Of a stretch of 64,000 bases of DNA, positions 36,700 to 58,600 are shown in pieces (within the stretch, counting starts at the first letter, position 1; each line of letters starts with the position of its first letter). The notes beneath the pieces are model-generated. The model was not told where the DNA came from and searched no databases. It saw only the letters and a program-made list of their open reading frames with translations. The position numbers were made by a program, and so were the translations under genes. The stretch comes from Raillietiella orientalis (taxonomy: Eukaryota): contig JAYWIR010000001.1 of assembly GCA_036172245.1 (NCBI GenBank), positions 1,240,001 to 1,304,000 of the forward strand. Direction: 5' to 3'.

Positions 36700-39380
36700 G
36701 GAAAGATGCTCTGCTTGTTTGTTTTTCCATGAAAAAGCAAATAAACAGATGACCTACTTCGGTGCTTTCTTGAAGGAAAACGGTCTGCGAAAGGCGTCTC
36801 TCGAGCCTGAAGATTTCTTTGAGGTCACTGCGGGCAAAACAGTGTGGCTTGCAGTCAGACAACCACCCGAGGAAAAAAATATCAGCCCCTGCTCTCTCTC
36901 TTGGCGTTTCTGTGTCTTTTGCTCTTCCTTCGGATTTTCCTGCTATGCTCGAGAATGCTTGCCAAGTTCACACGTACGCGAGGACACGTGGAATTTCGAA
37001 AAACCAAAAAACAGTCCTGGGCTTTTCAAAATCGAGCTGCCGTTTGAGAAACACCTGGCAGACATTGTGTACGCCATTCTCCTGTGTTATTGTATAACAG
37101 ATGCCTGTAAAATCATTAGGCAAATTTATTGTGGTTTCCTTCCAGTGGCTGGATGGTCTCCGCGTATTGTTCGTCCTCAGCTTTTATTACCCGAGAGATG
37201 GGATCCGAGGCTTGTGGCAATCAAAGTTCCACGATCCCAGGGCAGTTTTGCGACGCACAATGATCTCCTTCCCATTCACAATCCCAAAGCAAAGAGCTCA
37301 CCGAGACCCGGCTGAAGATCACACAACACTTTTGCAGGCAAGCACCCCCCGAAGAGGTCGCACACAGATAGAACACCCGGAATTCTAACCGACCTTTGAA
37401 CAGCAGTTTTAGAATTCTTGAAACAACAGCCATAATTTCGTGCTTCCAGACTTGGAGCAGTGGAATTAACCAGGGTGCAAAAATTGGGGATGTGCGGAGT
37501 GTTCGTGGACTGTCAGGAACCCTGTGAAAATGCAGCTCGTTTCCGATGGATGGCCACGTGCCCTCCGGTCCTGTTGCAGCCGTGCAGGAGGCGTGATCCC
37601 CCCCAAAAGTCTCCATGAATCGCGCGGTACGGAAAGAAGCGCTTCGCTCCTTCGATGCTTTGGTGCCGTCAATTTCAACGGGCTGTCTTGCTTGTGAGAA
37701 TCCCGGTTTGGCTGACCGGAATGCACCTTCATCGCCAGAGGTCTTTTCTGGAGATTGGCGTGCGCTGGGAAAACCCTTTGGTGTTAACACATTTGCTGCC
37801 CACGTGAACCACCACGAAAATCAGATGATCGAGAGCTGAATCGCATCCCCTCGGGCTTAAACAGTTTCATGGAAGGCTGCAGACCTTTTTTTTCCTACTG
37901 CTTTCCTTGTGTTAGATTAAGTAGCACCTTTAAGAAAAGCACTGCAACGATTCCGTCCGAACTTATGCAATTGCTACTCGTTTCTTTCTCCAAAAAACTT
38001 GAAACTCGGTTCTTCCGTCTCTCGCCGTTAACACTTTTCCTCATTTCACCTGAATACTGTGACTTCTGTGCTGATGGGGCCTCCCTCCAAATGATTACTT
38101 ATTCTTAAATCGTGTACGCGTTTTCCCTTTCTTGGCGAGGGATGCCAAAATCATCTTTAGGTTTCGAAAATGATTGAAAAACTCTTCCGTGCACATTGTT
38201 TGGTCCTTCGCCAGTGAAAGGCAAACCGCGACCATTTGTACACTTGGACAAGGCTTCAGGCGAACCCCGAACGAATGGTTGCGCAGGCCTCGTGCACTGG
38301 AAATCACCCATGGAAAGGAGCGGGAGGAAACCTCTTCGATTTTGCCGTTATACCCCGAAAGGTGGTGCTTCAAAAGTTACTGCAACCACCTTCGGAGGAG
38401 AATCTCAGAAGATTCCCATCTGACGGCACTTCAGGAAAATTTTCCCGGATTGGAAGGGAAAACCAAGAGCATTTGAACTACGGGAAGGCATGCCTCCCGC
38501 CGCATGTCGGCAACTTGGAACTTTGAAGATGGCGAAACCGGAATCCAAGTTGGAGACCTGGCGTGCATCGATGAGGAAGAAGTTCACTAAGACGGTGCGC
38601 AACGCACTAAGAGAGCGAGCGTGGCTGGAACTCATTAATCGGCATCCGGACCAAGAGAAAGACGTGCAATGTGCAGGGCTCCATCGTTCCCCCAGTGAGT
38701 ACCTTCGTTTCGCCAAATTTCGCGTCATCCATGCGGCAAGATGGAACCTGATGCCGATCAGGGGCGTCGTAAGGAGAAACCCCAAGGAGAAGAAAGATCG
38801 TGCCGCCGCTGCGTAGCCTGGGACGAGGTCCTGCCTCACATTTTAAATCACTGCATGAGACGTTCTCCCCTATACACAGCGAGACACGACGAAATCGTAA
38901 CAAGACTGCCGGGCAGCGGCTAAGGATACAAGATGGTGCCTGGGTGCGACTCCAGCCTGATCTGGTGCTGCAGAAGGCAAACAAGATGATGATCCTTGAA
39001 GTCTCCTGCCCGTCCAACAACGCTGAGGAGGCATTCACCTCACAAGAACGAAGAAAGAAGAGAAGTACCAGGAGATCGGCTTAAGGCTCAGAAAGAAGGA
39101 ACTTCAGGCTAAAGTCATGGCCATCATGGTAGGCTCATTAGGAACTTTGGACCCACGAAACGATGGGGTGATCCGTGAGTTCCGTGTCCTGAAGCCGTAT
39201 GCGGAGAGGACAAGGCACCTGATGGTGGCCTCTTGCACACAGCACAGTAGGGATATCTACTGGAGACGCACCGCCTCGGGCGTCCTACAGGCGACGTCAT
39301 CAAAGGACAAGTCCGCGATAAGACTACAGAAGAAGAGAGTCCCTCATCAAGTCCACAGTGACAATCACCCTACATGACGA
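36700..39380 (+). mobile_element. Best-preserved Utopia/NeSL-like RLE retrotransposon (pseudogenised), with RT domains 2-5 inverted at about 37290-37830
   Basis: YLRFAKFRVIHAARWNL, CRRCVAWDEVLPHILNHC..TARHDEIV (CCHC + RH), LQPDLVL..ILEVSCP (PD..D/E), MVGSLGTLDPRN, LMVAS..SRDIYW. RT0-1 and RT6-7 are on plus; KGF, AFRS, ATGP and SPIF are on minus. Confidence 0.85.
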
Positions 39381-39449
39381 TGTGCTATGGTGTAGTTACT
39401 TGAGATCATTGGTCTGTACCTTTCCAGCAACCAGGAAGTTTAGGAACAC

Positions 39450-41450
39450 GCGAAAACCCATTACTTGTTTCTGCATGCCCAATTTCCCTAAACGTGGCTA
39501 GAAACGGACATCCATGAGTAGAAATTTCGGTGGTTCCCCGAACTTTTCGGAACGAACCAGCAGATGGGAACACGAAGCATAAAAATGCCGCTTTCGCGGA
39601 TGGGCCCTGGATGCCGAGATAGTTTAAACGTAGCACGGACTTTACGTGTTTTCGCTGAAGCTTCAGCGTCGAATGGATAATCAAGGTTCCACGCCGGTCA
39701 ACGGACGAAAGAGAAAATTACTTTCTTGATTGCACTTCTTGCCTGCAAAATACGAATCTCGAAGCAAACCATCACTCTTGGCATTGTGTAAGCGCTTATT
39801 ATTTTACTTCTTTGGCCAACGGATACACAAAATGAAAGTTTTTGGTCATATGATGGCAATTGGTTACTTGCGGAGCTACTAACCAAATTGTAAGCCATCA
39901 CAGACAAATCGCCTTTTCTCCCGTTGGGACCTATCAATTACCTGCGCTGAAACACGACAGCAATAAAACAGCGCCACTGTTGGCTCCTAACATCGCTGAT
40001 GAACACCTGACACGGATACACGGGGCACGTATCCACGAGAAAATCCTTTCCAACGCATCAAGTTGACATTTCTTCAAGATGACGCGGGAACGTTGGAACA
40101 CGCCCAAAAATACGACTGCGGGTTCCTCCGCAGCATTCTCCAAACCCCCGCATGTAACATTCAAAAGTACTTTGGTTCCTGCGAATCATTCAGGAATAGT
40201 CGGCCCCAGGCCTCCACATCGCATCTCCACTGACGCAACGAAAAGAGATGGCTCGTGGAGAACTTGCAAAGCTGCACTTCGGGCCAACTCTCGGCTCCGA
40301 CGCGTCTCTGTTTTAAGAGGGCGTTTTTTCTCCCATCAGGACACTCACGACCAGTTAGCAACGTGTTCCTGGTGGCTGCCGCTTATCGGCCGGAATTTAC
40401 ATCCACCCGACCACTTTTCCTTGTAAGAATTCGAAAGAAGACCACGGAAATTTTTTCCAGCACCCCCGCGCTGGCAACAAGAGCATCCTCCTTATACTCA
40501 GCCCTCTGTAGCCTTTTGACCTATTTCCCACAGGATTAGGGAAACACCGACCATGTGGATAAATAAAAAATCCAAAGCCAACTGTTTACCACCATCCTCC
40601 AGACAGGTAAATCACGAATAAATCGCTTAGACCGCCGCAACTAATAAACCGTTGCACAGGGATAAGCTGAAATGAAACTGGACGTTTCAATCATGACGAA
40701 ATGGGCACGACAAAAGAACAGTGCTCCTCCGTTCCACCTAAGGAGCTGACCAATGGCACAATGACACAGGACACTGTGCTCGCACAGCTGCTTTGAACGT
40801 GCAGCCATTCTATCTGCATGAACTGAACTGGGCTGCAGTGTCTTATGATTGAGACCCGAGCACCGGCAGAGGTTGCGGCGCCAACGCTCCATCTTCCCCC
40901 AAAAAGATGGGGCAGCCTCCCTCGTTCCCGGCTCGAGCACAACTAGCAAAGGCTAACGAAGGGATTGCGGATCGGCTCAACACGCAGGGAGAGGCAGAAA
41001 ATGATAACTAAAGAAGCTGCAGGAGCACCGCTGATGAACAGCCGACGGAAACTGGAATTCGAGCACCGGCGCGATACAGGACCACGGCGATTATTCGTGT
41101 CCACGGTGACCTGGTGACCCAGCCCTCGTGGGAACCTGCCCAACGACAAACTCGGTACCCAGTTCGTTCCTCTGCTTTCGACCTACAACGTCGCGGAAGC
41201 CTTCTTCTGCCACTTCTGATTCGGTTTCCTCCGGGAAAGTTACAGAGCTCAGTATGGGTCAAGCCGATAACAGAATGATTAGCACCGTCTTCAACCGTTC
41301 CACAATTGTAGTGTACTTATTAGAGTCGTCACCAAGTTTCCCTTCCCTGTCCCTCATTTTGGTGAATGGCCTGCTGGATATGTCGCTTTCCTCTGAAAAC
41401 TGTAGCATGCCCCATGGCATCCCTGCGCACATTTCGTGAACTGCTGGAGG
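39450..41450 (-). mobile_element. Degenerate Utopia/NeSL-like element, with the knuckle region apparently inverted (about 39860-40000+)
   Basis: Minus: GKLGDDSN (RT1), IRNPFVSL (RT3), VMVCFE..QAR..KK (RLE). Plus: CGATNQIVSH..LKHDS. Confidence 0.45.
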
Positions 41451-41556
41451 CATGCTCTGATTAGGATTCGAAAGCTGCAGAGTAAAATGAAAAATCTAAA
41501 AATGAAAGCAATGTGAACGTCGAAGAACCCCAAAACGTTTCTTTTGTGAATGTTTG

Positions 41557-41562
41557 TTTATT
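41557..41562 (-). promoter_or_regulatory. Candidate polyadenylation signal of the PP1 gene
   Basis: AATAAA on the minus strand about 1 kb below the CDS, about 100 bp before the AT-rich island gives way to TE sequence. Confidence 0.35.
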
Positions 41563-42621
41563 CATACGCATGTCATAATATATCAGCATGAAATGAAGGA
41601 TATGATTTTTCAGTGACGCAGCTATTATGTTGGTACAGCGCATGAAGATTTTATATATATATTAAAAAAAAATTCTGCTTAATACTACCAACAACTGTGT
41701 ACACTTTGAGTATTGAGGGCATAATAAACACCAAGTAAAACACAAACAGAATGCGAGTCAAATTTACTTTTCAATCGTTCATCATTCGCATGTGGTTGTG
41801 TTGGTGCACACTCGTGGATTACACACAAATATTCCAAAAGAAACGAAATTCGTAAACGTATATTATTATTATTATTATTTTAAAGTAATACACATGAGTA
41901 AAATGAACAAAGTCAGCAGCGAGCCTTGTGAAATCACAATCACATCCTGTAAATATCTACAAATTTCTCGATCTGAGTAGTCAATCCAAAAAAACTTTTA
42001 AACCATCTTTCAGGATCTCCTAAGAGCTGAATCATGATTCATTATATTTCTTTCTTTCGGTTTTCGGTGAGGAACAATAACAGGATTTGGTGTAAAACTG
42101 ACTGAAATATATGTACGACGAACAGGCAATTAAATCACAAAAATCATATTCTAATTCGACGACATAACGGAAACTGGAGCCCTGGATTAAGCTGAATCGA
42201 ATCTTTGGTGTTAAAAGGGTTAGATGGCAAGCATCAGCGTGCTGAAAAAGAAACGATGATCAATACAGACTGCTGTTTGCTAAACTGACAAACACAAATT
42301 GACAAAAACACCGAACACGTGTGCGTGTCTGTTTACCTTCGCGGGGGATAACGTATTCAAAATGAAGCCGTACGCAAAGATATTATATCAATGTATGGGC
42401 AGGTAACTTACGTAATTTGGAGGATATTGAGTAAATTTTAAAATTTGGGCGATCTCGTCGCACCTTGCAAATACAAGCAAACGGATAAGGAAGTCTGCTA
42501 AAAAGCACGTGGAGCATGCAAAAAAAAAATCATTACAGCAAACGGATAAACATGATACCTTTAGATGACAAAGGGCTATAGAGAGTATATAGGGCATATT
42601 TAAATCGACAAGGAAGGGTTT

Positions 42622-50660
<8,039 letters not shown>

Positions 50661-51599
50661 TCCAACGATAAAACCTTAGAGTCCGTCGGAGAAAAATATG
50701 CTCTCGAGTTGGATTTACATTCAGTCCAATAATACATCAAACCGTGTGCATGTTAATGTTCAGTTTTCATGTTCCCGCAGAGCACACGAACTGAGAATTT
50801 TGCATCAACTAAAACTTCAACGGCACCCTCGGATTTCATGTGCACATAGGAAGCTCACATCGAATGGGGTTTCACAGTGTCCACGATGAATCGACTATTA
50901 AATTGAAAAAAATGCATATGCATAAAAACGTATTTTGTTCCAGTCCACTGAAACAAGTTCGCATTTTTCAGTTCAGAAATGTCCGGAATATAATTTTCAA
51001 AAATAATTAGCATGTAAAATGAGAGAGAGAGAGAGGGGAAAAAAAGGCAGATGTTGCGAGCAAAACTTACGTACCTTTACATTTCTTTGTCTAAATGCAA
51101 GATATGAAACATCTGCACCTATCTTTAAAGGTATTTTAAAGCTTTTATATCGTTCAGACTGATGAACCTTCAATTCAAAAGCTGCATGTACTTTGCCAAA
51201 TAATTCCAAAATCGAGTTGCAGCTAACAGATTGATGAGATCAGATTTTCAAGATTAGGCCGAACAGCAAAATGTTTTACAGTGGGTCTTAAGGGTTTGGT
51301 TTGAAGTAATATTTTAATGGCATCAATGGACCCATGGATGGCTTTATAGATGTCTTTATGTTGTTGTTGTTGTTTTTTTACCACCCACATTTTTAAAATA
51401 AAGACTTTATTGTCGAAAAAATATAAGTATGTATACTCTTTTGTGATAGTTGAGGAGTCTTAGTATATCAGTGAATAAAACAAACGACTTTAGAAATAAC
51501 ACTTCGCAATTTTCTAGAGAAACATTAATTTGCTTCATTCACTTTCTGTATATTCTTGGATATTTTATTTTTGTATGTTTGTTTTTTTTATTTTGTTGA

Positions 51600-53100
51600 T
51601 ATGCATTTCTTTGTCTTAGTGTTTATGAAGTGCCTGCATAAAGGTCCATAGCTGTGATCACTTCAGGTGGAAAAGAAAAAGAAGCAGTAGCTGATCCAGT
51701 GCCATTTTCCTTACTCCTATTTTGAAAACACTCTTTGCTGGCAAATTTGTATACGAAACTTAACAACAGACACAACAAGAACAAAAATGAATGCTATGAA
51801 CCGATAGGGAAAGCTAAAGTATATTCCTATATGTTTCGAGCACATAGGTCCTCGGAATTATTCAAATAACCACAATGGGTCAGTGATATGTGGACTTAGT
51901 ATTCACAGAGACCTTTTCCGGAGAATTTCCAAGAATGAACTTCTTGAAGAAGAAATCACTAATTATTGCAGCTGCACCTGAAGTCATTAATACATAGGAA
52001 GGGAATCAGTGTTTTGAAATATCTGATGTTGGTCCCAAAATAATATGAAAGACATTATTTACAGAAGCATTCTTTGAATTCACCGTGGTTTTTCGGCAGC
52101 TCACATATGTCGTACCTTTAGTACTTGATTGATTTGCTTGATCTTCAAAAACTAAAAAGGGGACAGTTACTTTCAAATGTGTTATTATTCTTTCAAATAG
52201 GCAAAAATACTTTAATGTTTTATAAAATTCCAGTGGTACCAAGAGCCTGAGAGCTAAAAATGTCGTTTATAGACCAGAAGAACTGTTCAAATACGTTTTA
52301 AGATTTTAATATAGTTAGAGAAAAGAGAACATGCCTACATAAGGAGAATGCATACTATTAATTTCAGTAAATACCATTTACTTATTATACTGAACTTTGT
52401 TTACAGTGCTATTCTTAATGCTTCTTTTGTTTACCTTATCAAATGCAAATGCAAAGGAAAACGGTCATGTATCAAATGAAGAAACACGCTTCGATGGCAA
52501 TGGCTAATGAAAAAATTCTCCAACCTAAGAAGTTTGATGGCTTAGGAATCGTATACTTGTATTCGTATATGCGGTTATTCTAACTGACTAAAACCATGAC
52601 AAATCAGATTACCCCAAGATGCGTATGCTGTAGGAAAATGGGTTGAAAGCAAACTATGCTGCTGTTTTCCCTGATAATAACAGAAAAATGCAGTAAACAG
52701 TGTATTCACTCTTAAATGCCAAAAACAAAGTTCCGAAAACTATTAAAGGAAGCAATATGATTGATGGTAAGTTAATTTCAGGACAAAAATTCCCTCAGAT
52801 TTTTTCCTATGTGCTAATACAAACAGCTTAATTTGAATGCCTTGTGTGAACATTAAAAGCTTATGAATCCTCTTTGCAAAGAGGACTAATGGGCTTAAAA
52901 TCTTCTAGTTTATAGTTCTCTTATAGAGTTACCATGGAAATTGAATAATCAGATGGACTTCCATGTTGCCTATAACTGGGTACAGGACTTTCTGTTTCAT
53001 AAGGGATCCTTAAAGGTCATTGGGAAAACTCTAAGACAACGAAGAGCTGTGAACGTATTCCTATTCATTACTAAAGATTCATATTTCTGATACCCTCTCC
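51600..53100. mobile_element. Old AT-rich L1-like relic with mixed orientation
   Basis: VPLEFYKTL on minus (~52215-52240, RT0) and LQPKKFDGLGI on plus (~52520-52550, GGLG motif). Confidence 0.35.
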
Positions 53101-53421
53101 ACAATTCGAAACAATGTGCAGAGTAACTATTTCTAGTAGGAAATTGTGGGGTTTTCTATTCGAATTGTAAAAAGGTGCCAAATTCAAAACTCGCAAATTT
53201 CATGAAAAATTACGGGAAATTCTTGATTGAAAATCGGGCGCAGAAGCAATGATACTCCTCAAGTGCCCAAACTCACAGAAAGAGTTTTGCACGGATATAG
53301 CCTAATTTGCTGGATACTGACAAATTTCTTCTTCTTCTGCGCCTTACCATCTTCAAAAGAATTTCATATTAAGCCATTTTTTTTTTAAAAAAAAGTGATC
53401 TAATGCAAATCTATCTTTAAT

Positions 53422-53462
53422 CTTTTTATTCTTTTTTTTTTTTAAAAAAAAAGAATAAAAAG
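53422..53462. repeat. Perfect 19-bp AT-rich palindrome
   Basis: CTTTTTATTCTTTTTTTTT-ttt-AAAAAAAAAGAATAAAAAG. Confidence 0.85.
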
Positions 53463-53899
53463 GCAAAAGTTCACAGTGCTAAACAGAAGTAACCTTTTGT
53501 GTGAAATGGCTGTAAGATCCACATGGACTCTTAGACAAAAACTTTGGTAGGATGAACCACATTATAAATGCAATCTATGTCTCGAAGAATGGGATTATCA
53601 TCAGGTCGCCATGAATCTATAAAATACAGTGGTACCTCGGTACTCGACGGTGTCGCAACTCGTCAAACTCAGTACTCGTCGCATTTTGACGAGAGCAAAA
53701 AAATGCTTCGACACTCGGCGCATGCTCGGAACTCTCGACACCCCACCCACGATGGAACCAGCAAACGCCAATGCAGTCTACGTCTCGGGGTAGCTCGCGA
53801 GCAGCGCCCAACACTTCCACGGAGTGCCTCCCGGATCGTTCCTCTTTTTTTGTGCTCTCTGTGCATTCTAAGCGCTAGTCATGGGTTTTGGAACGGTTA

Positions 53900-56200
53900 G
53901 AAATGATACCACGAAGCCTAGAAAGGGACTCGTTCGTCGGTTTCGGCAGTCGTCATGAGTTCTGGAAAGAATTACCAACGAGTACCGAGGTACCACCGTA
54001 TAAGTAAAATAAGGAAAGTGTCTGAAAATACTTTAGTTGACTTGAAACCCGTGGAACTGGAACGCCTTCAGAGAATGCTGTGCGATGTTCCCTGTGGTGA
54101 GATAGCGGAAAAATCCCAAGATTCCAGAAGTATGAAGAAAGAAAAACAGCAAACCAAAACAAGAGAGTGTGGGCGATGCACTGCAGATATCGGTTTATAA
54201 AAGAATGAAGAAGAACGCTAATCAGTGGATGCATTCCCAATGCATTCCCAGTGGTGGTGTATCAGAAGTCTGGTCTCTAGGAGAAGTCCACTTGCAGAAC
54301 AGGAGAGGTGTGAATTACAGTTGGATATTCATCACTTATAGCGGAAAACCATGAGCTGATCACCTGCTACTCGAAGATTCGTCGCAGGCCAGGGAACATT
54401 CGGAGGAGTGGGAAATTTTGGAGGGAGTACAATTACACAGTGGAGACGGAACTGGCCTAATCTGCAAAATGTTATCGGGGAAAACCGGAATGAATGCGCT
54501 GTCATGGCAGTGGGCAGGAAGGGATGCTGGTTTCAAGATTCTGCCATTTGTTGGATACAGGAAAGCATTCTCTCCATCGAAATGCTGAAAAGTGCAATGT
54601 CTGTCGCTCTCTCTCTCTCTTTTTTTTTTTTTTCGATCAAGAAAACCCCACATGAATGGTGTAAACAACAACTGCGCTCTTTGACGAACTGAGCACAACT
54701 CATTTCTTTAACGCGGACAGGAACTCCTGTCCGTCCTGCAGAGCCTCTAAATCCAAGTTCGATCCGTTGCATTCTCATAGCAATACCCGAAGCTCTAAGG
54801 TCCACGGTGAATGATTTACCACTCTACTCAGGTTCTTGCATCAGTCGACCTGATGCTTTGCTCTAGGGATCTAAGAGGTCCCGAACCTGAGATTCTGGCA
54901 CCTCCTCCACCCACCCCTCTTCGTGCCATTCTGGTGAAGCAAACTGTGGGGAAGCCTCCCTCCCACTCATGGGTCTCGAGCGACTGGTCATAAAGAGGAG
55001 ACTCGTCGCCGCTTTCATTGTCTTTGCTTTAGTCTTCATGTTTCTCTCATGTTCCGGGCAAGAACGTGCGAAGAAGCTCGACATCCTCCAGGAGGCACGC
55101 CGTGGTGTCTTTAGGTTCGCCAGCAGAATACCAGATCTTGGTTGCTCTCCCTCCCTACTTCCTCAACAGGTAGCCTCTGTTCTGAGGTTCTTTTCATGAT
55201 GAATACCCAACACGGAAACGGAAAAGGGGATGCTGCGATCGCATGAGAATTCGGCTAAGCAAATGCCATCCAGAAATGAAAACAAAAAATAAATACGGGA
55301 TGGCGTTCCTTCATGTACATCTTTCCTCCACAGAAAAGAGGGACACACGCGGAACTCGGATAGCTCGTGGCAATGCTTTTCGAATTCTCCAGAGTGCGTG
55401 GGTCTCCATCCACAAGTCGAACTGCAGGAGCATCTGCCAAAGGACCGCAAGATTCATGCAAGCAAGGAGGGTTCCGGAAAATAACCAAAGGAGAAAAAGA
55501 ACAGTAGCTGAACTTTCTGCTCTTCCCCAATTTTTTTTTTCTTCAAAAGTTTTGCATTAGCTGCTCTGGTCGAACGCGTCCTACAAAGTTCAAGAAGTCT
55601 TCACAGGGTGGAGACTTTTTCGTTCTCAGGAAGTGCTGAAGAACCGTCCTCCTCCTTACGGGGAGCTCACGAAACTCTCTTCAGCACCGTTCACGTCACC
55701 CGAGGGTTCGTGTTGACTCTTCGAGTGAGGGGTACCCCAGGAGGGGACCACCCTATGAATGCAGGAGGGCTCTGGAGGAAGAAGTCCGCTCCTCTTGAGC
55801 CTGGGAGGAGAGACCTGAAAGGAATTCTCCATCCTAGTTGTCTCCGGAGGGACCATCCTGAGGAAGAATTTACAACAGCTGTTCCATTGGAAGTCCCATT
55901 CGATGCTCCATGCAAGTCATCTCGGAGCACCATCTCCATGGCATCTTGCAGAGGGCTCCTTCCTGTTCATCTTGATATCTTTCACGTGGCAGGCGAAGAG
56001 CACCCTGCTGTGACAAACCCCCAGGACCGTTCTACCGTTCTTGCGGAAGCAACCGATGCAGAGATGCCCGCAGGCAATCGGAAACGGCTCGCTGAGGTCT
56101 TGGCACGTCGGACCGGCGCAGAGTATTGCTCGGGATTCTTCCAGCAGCGGAAGCTCAAATTCCTCTCAGTTTTTCGCTCAGTCTTTTGACCGCTCGAGTA
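53900..56200 (+). mobile_element. Degenerate Utopia/NeSL-like element with an inverted block at about 55200-55580
   Basis: Plus: ALQISVYK..NQW (RT1), NAEKC (RT6), FMFLSCSG (linker), VETF..AHETL and LEVPFD (knuckle/RLE). Minus: TRAANA, WRPTHSG, LFCGGK (late linker). Confidence 0.6.
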
Positions 56201-56599
56201 TTCCGCGTGGGACTCTGAGAGCGTTCGCTACGCGAAAGAGCAAGAAGCCAACTCTTCAGTCTGATCGATGGGATCCTTTGCAGTGTTGCGCCCCCAACTG
56301 CACGCTAAGCTCCGCTGCAATGAAGATGAAGCTTAAAACGATCATCTTCGGAGCTCTTCCATCATCCCCGACTGACTTCCCACGTGAGTCTTGTCGTGGT
56401 CTCTTTTTCAAAGTGCATCTAAAGTTCAAAGTCCCATCGTGCTCTGAGCCGGCGAGAGCGGGGCGCAGCATGAGGGGGTTGGAAAAGTACTCTTATCCTT
56501 TGCTCCATTCTTCAGATGTCGGTCAGTCTGCTTAATTAAGGAAGTGTCTCCATCCTCCGTGGTTGCTTGCGAGATTCGTGCCTCCATGAGGAACCGACT

Positions 56600-58600
56600 G
56601 CCACCGAAATTGCAAAGTGCGTAGCCAGACTGAGATTCCATATGTACAAGAAATGCTCATCAATCAGTATTTGAGAAGAATTTTCATCAGGATGTACAGA
56701 ATATCGCCTAAACCTCTTCCCAGAATCTCTGACCTTTATATGCTGTTGATGCTTAATGCAAAATGGGGGGGGGGGGGGGAAAGATGAATTAAAGGCCGAT
56801 GGAACTTACTGAAGACGCTTTGTTTTCCAAAGGCGTCTAAAGGCTTTCCTGGCAACAACTTGGCAACGAAGGGGACAGAAGGGCGTGCGCCCTGGGAGGT
56901 GTATGATAGGGATACAGACTCATAGACACGAGGCTTCTTCCTCTCGGCAATTAATTCGAAAGGGAAAGTGCATTGCAGTATTCGTGGCATGCCAGACACA
57001 AAGTTGACTGACTCTTTCTCCGGGTCGCCGGAAGCAGTTTCATCTTTATATACATGTGGAAGATTTCAGCTCTCCCATGAATCTCTTAAGTCGCGGTCGC
57101 TGATTTTCAAAGTGCTTCTAAGATTGGAATTAACTTTTTTCATGGTGGGTCCAGATGCAGTCTCAGCTTTGTGATTGAGCGATGAATACGACTTTTTCCA
57201 CCTGTGACCATGCTTCCAAACCGGAAATCTAATCGCCTGCATTCCCACAAACCCATTCTCCACAAACTTTCCAAATGGCCCTAAATGCACACATCACAGC
57301 ATACATCCCATATCTTTCATGCCTGCAGGTTAAAAGTTAAGGTGTTTCTAAGGCACAGGATCTCCAGAACCAAATGGCGTTCGTGAAAGCATCCTCCGAG
57401 ACTTAAATTCGGAGAAAAACAGTTTGAAAAAAAAAAAAAAAAACAGCTGCTGGAGTTGTTGGACGCCCAGCGTGGCTCCATGAGTTTCCGTCTTGGTGTC
57501 TTTCGGTAAAGTTCCAATCGCATACCATTTGTCCAGAGGCTTCACAGCTACCGAGGCATTTCTCGAGACACATTGATGTCCTCCGACCCAATAGCTTAGG
57601 GACGAAATGTTTATGAGTCTGAAAGTGGAATCTTCTTGGCAAAATGGGTCTACCGATTACTCCTTTAAATTATCATGAGAATCAATAAATTCATCTGAGC
57701 ACATTCCTTTAACACAACAAAATCAATGAAATCATCTATAAATGCCTAGGTCTTCCATGGTGGAGGATACAAGATTAAGCTTCCGAGAATCCTCGAGATC
57801 TTCAAGATATTGGGATTTTACGTTTTTCTCGGCATCGCGAGGACCACACCGGCTTTCAGTTCAGAACTGGCAAACAGAGTGATGCTTCTTTGTGAACTTC
57901 TCCTCCAGAATAAGCAATATCTTTGGGAAACTACTCATTCTCCGAAACTGTGGTGTAATGAACTCTTCACCACCGAAGAGACAAAGTTTGCTTGTTCATT
58001 TAATGTATGATGGCTGCATCGCATTTTCCTAAAAGCTCTGTTGCAATTCCGAAACATTCTGGAGGCACATCTGAATTCCAACCCTGTCTTTCATCTTCCA
58101 TCCCTCTCTGTGTGATGTCATTTTCATTTCTCCAAACTCAGCGACCATCCCTTAGCATGAACAGCTGTTCAGCATCCCTGTGCTGCTAGTTCTTCCTCAT
58201 CTTCGGCTAGTGTCATGGTTGCTACGTCCTCCTATCTGCACAGGCTCTTCAGCCTGGCTGTCGAACTGCCATGGTGGTCAACAGGAGCTGTTGGTCCACT
58301 AATGGGTCTTTTTTCTTTTGGTCCCTTGGTCTTCCTTGACGCCGCTATAATGGATGCTTAGGTGCAATTCTCAGTAAGAAATTCCTATGCTGTTCACTGA
58401 CCACTACAGAGACAAAAATTTTCAACCGACCTCGGAATTCCTCATCCGACGTGCAAGAATTGTACTGCTTGGGAAAGTCGGACAACCAGGTCCTCTGGGA
58501 GTTCAAATCTGTTCGTCGTCATGGAAAACACGCCATGCCTTGCCATCTGTAGCCAAGCGTATGCACTCTCCGTCCCGGATAACACGCGTCTTCTAGTTCA
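56600..58600 (-). mobile_element. Degenerate Utopia/NeSL-like RT/linker fragments, scrambled
   Basis: Minus: TQRG (RT2-like), LVSSTMEDL, VKPLDKWYAI, IRFPVWKHGHR. Plus ~57000-57070: DSFSGS..SSLYT. Confidence 0.45.

Noticed and set aside
50900-53500. Divergently transcribed host gene upstream of PP1
   Set aside because: No consistent exon chain or recognisable protein; the only motifs found (PLEFYK, DGLGI) are L1-like.
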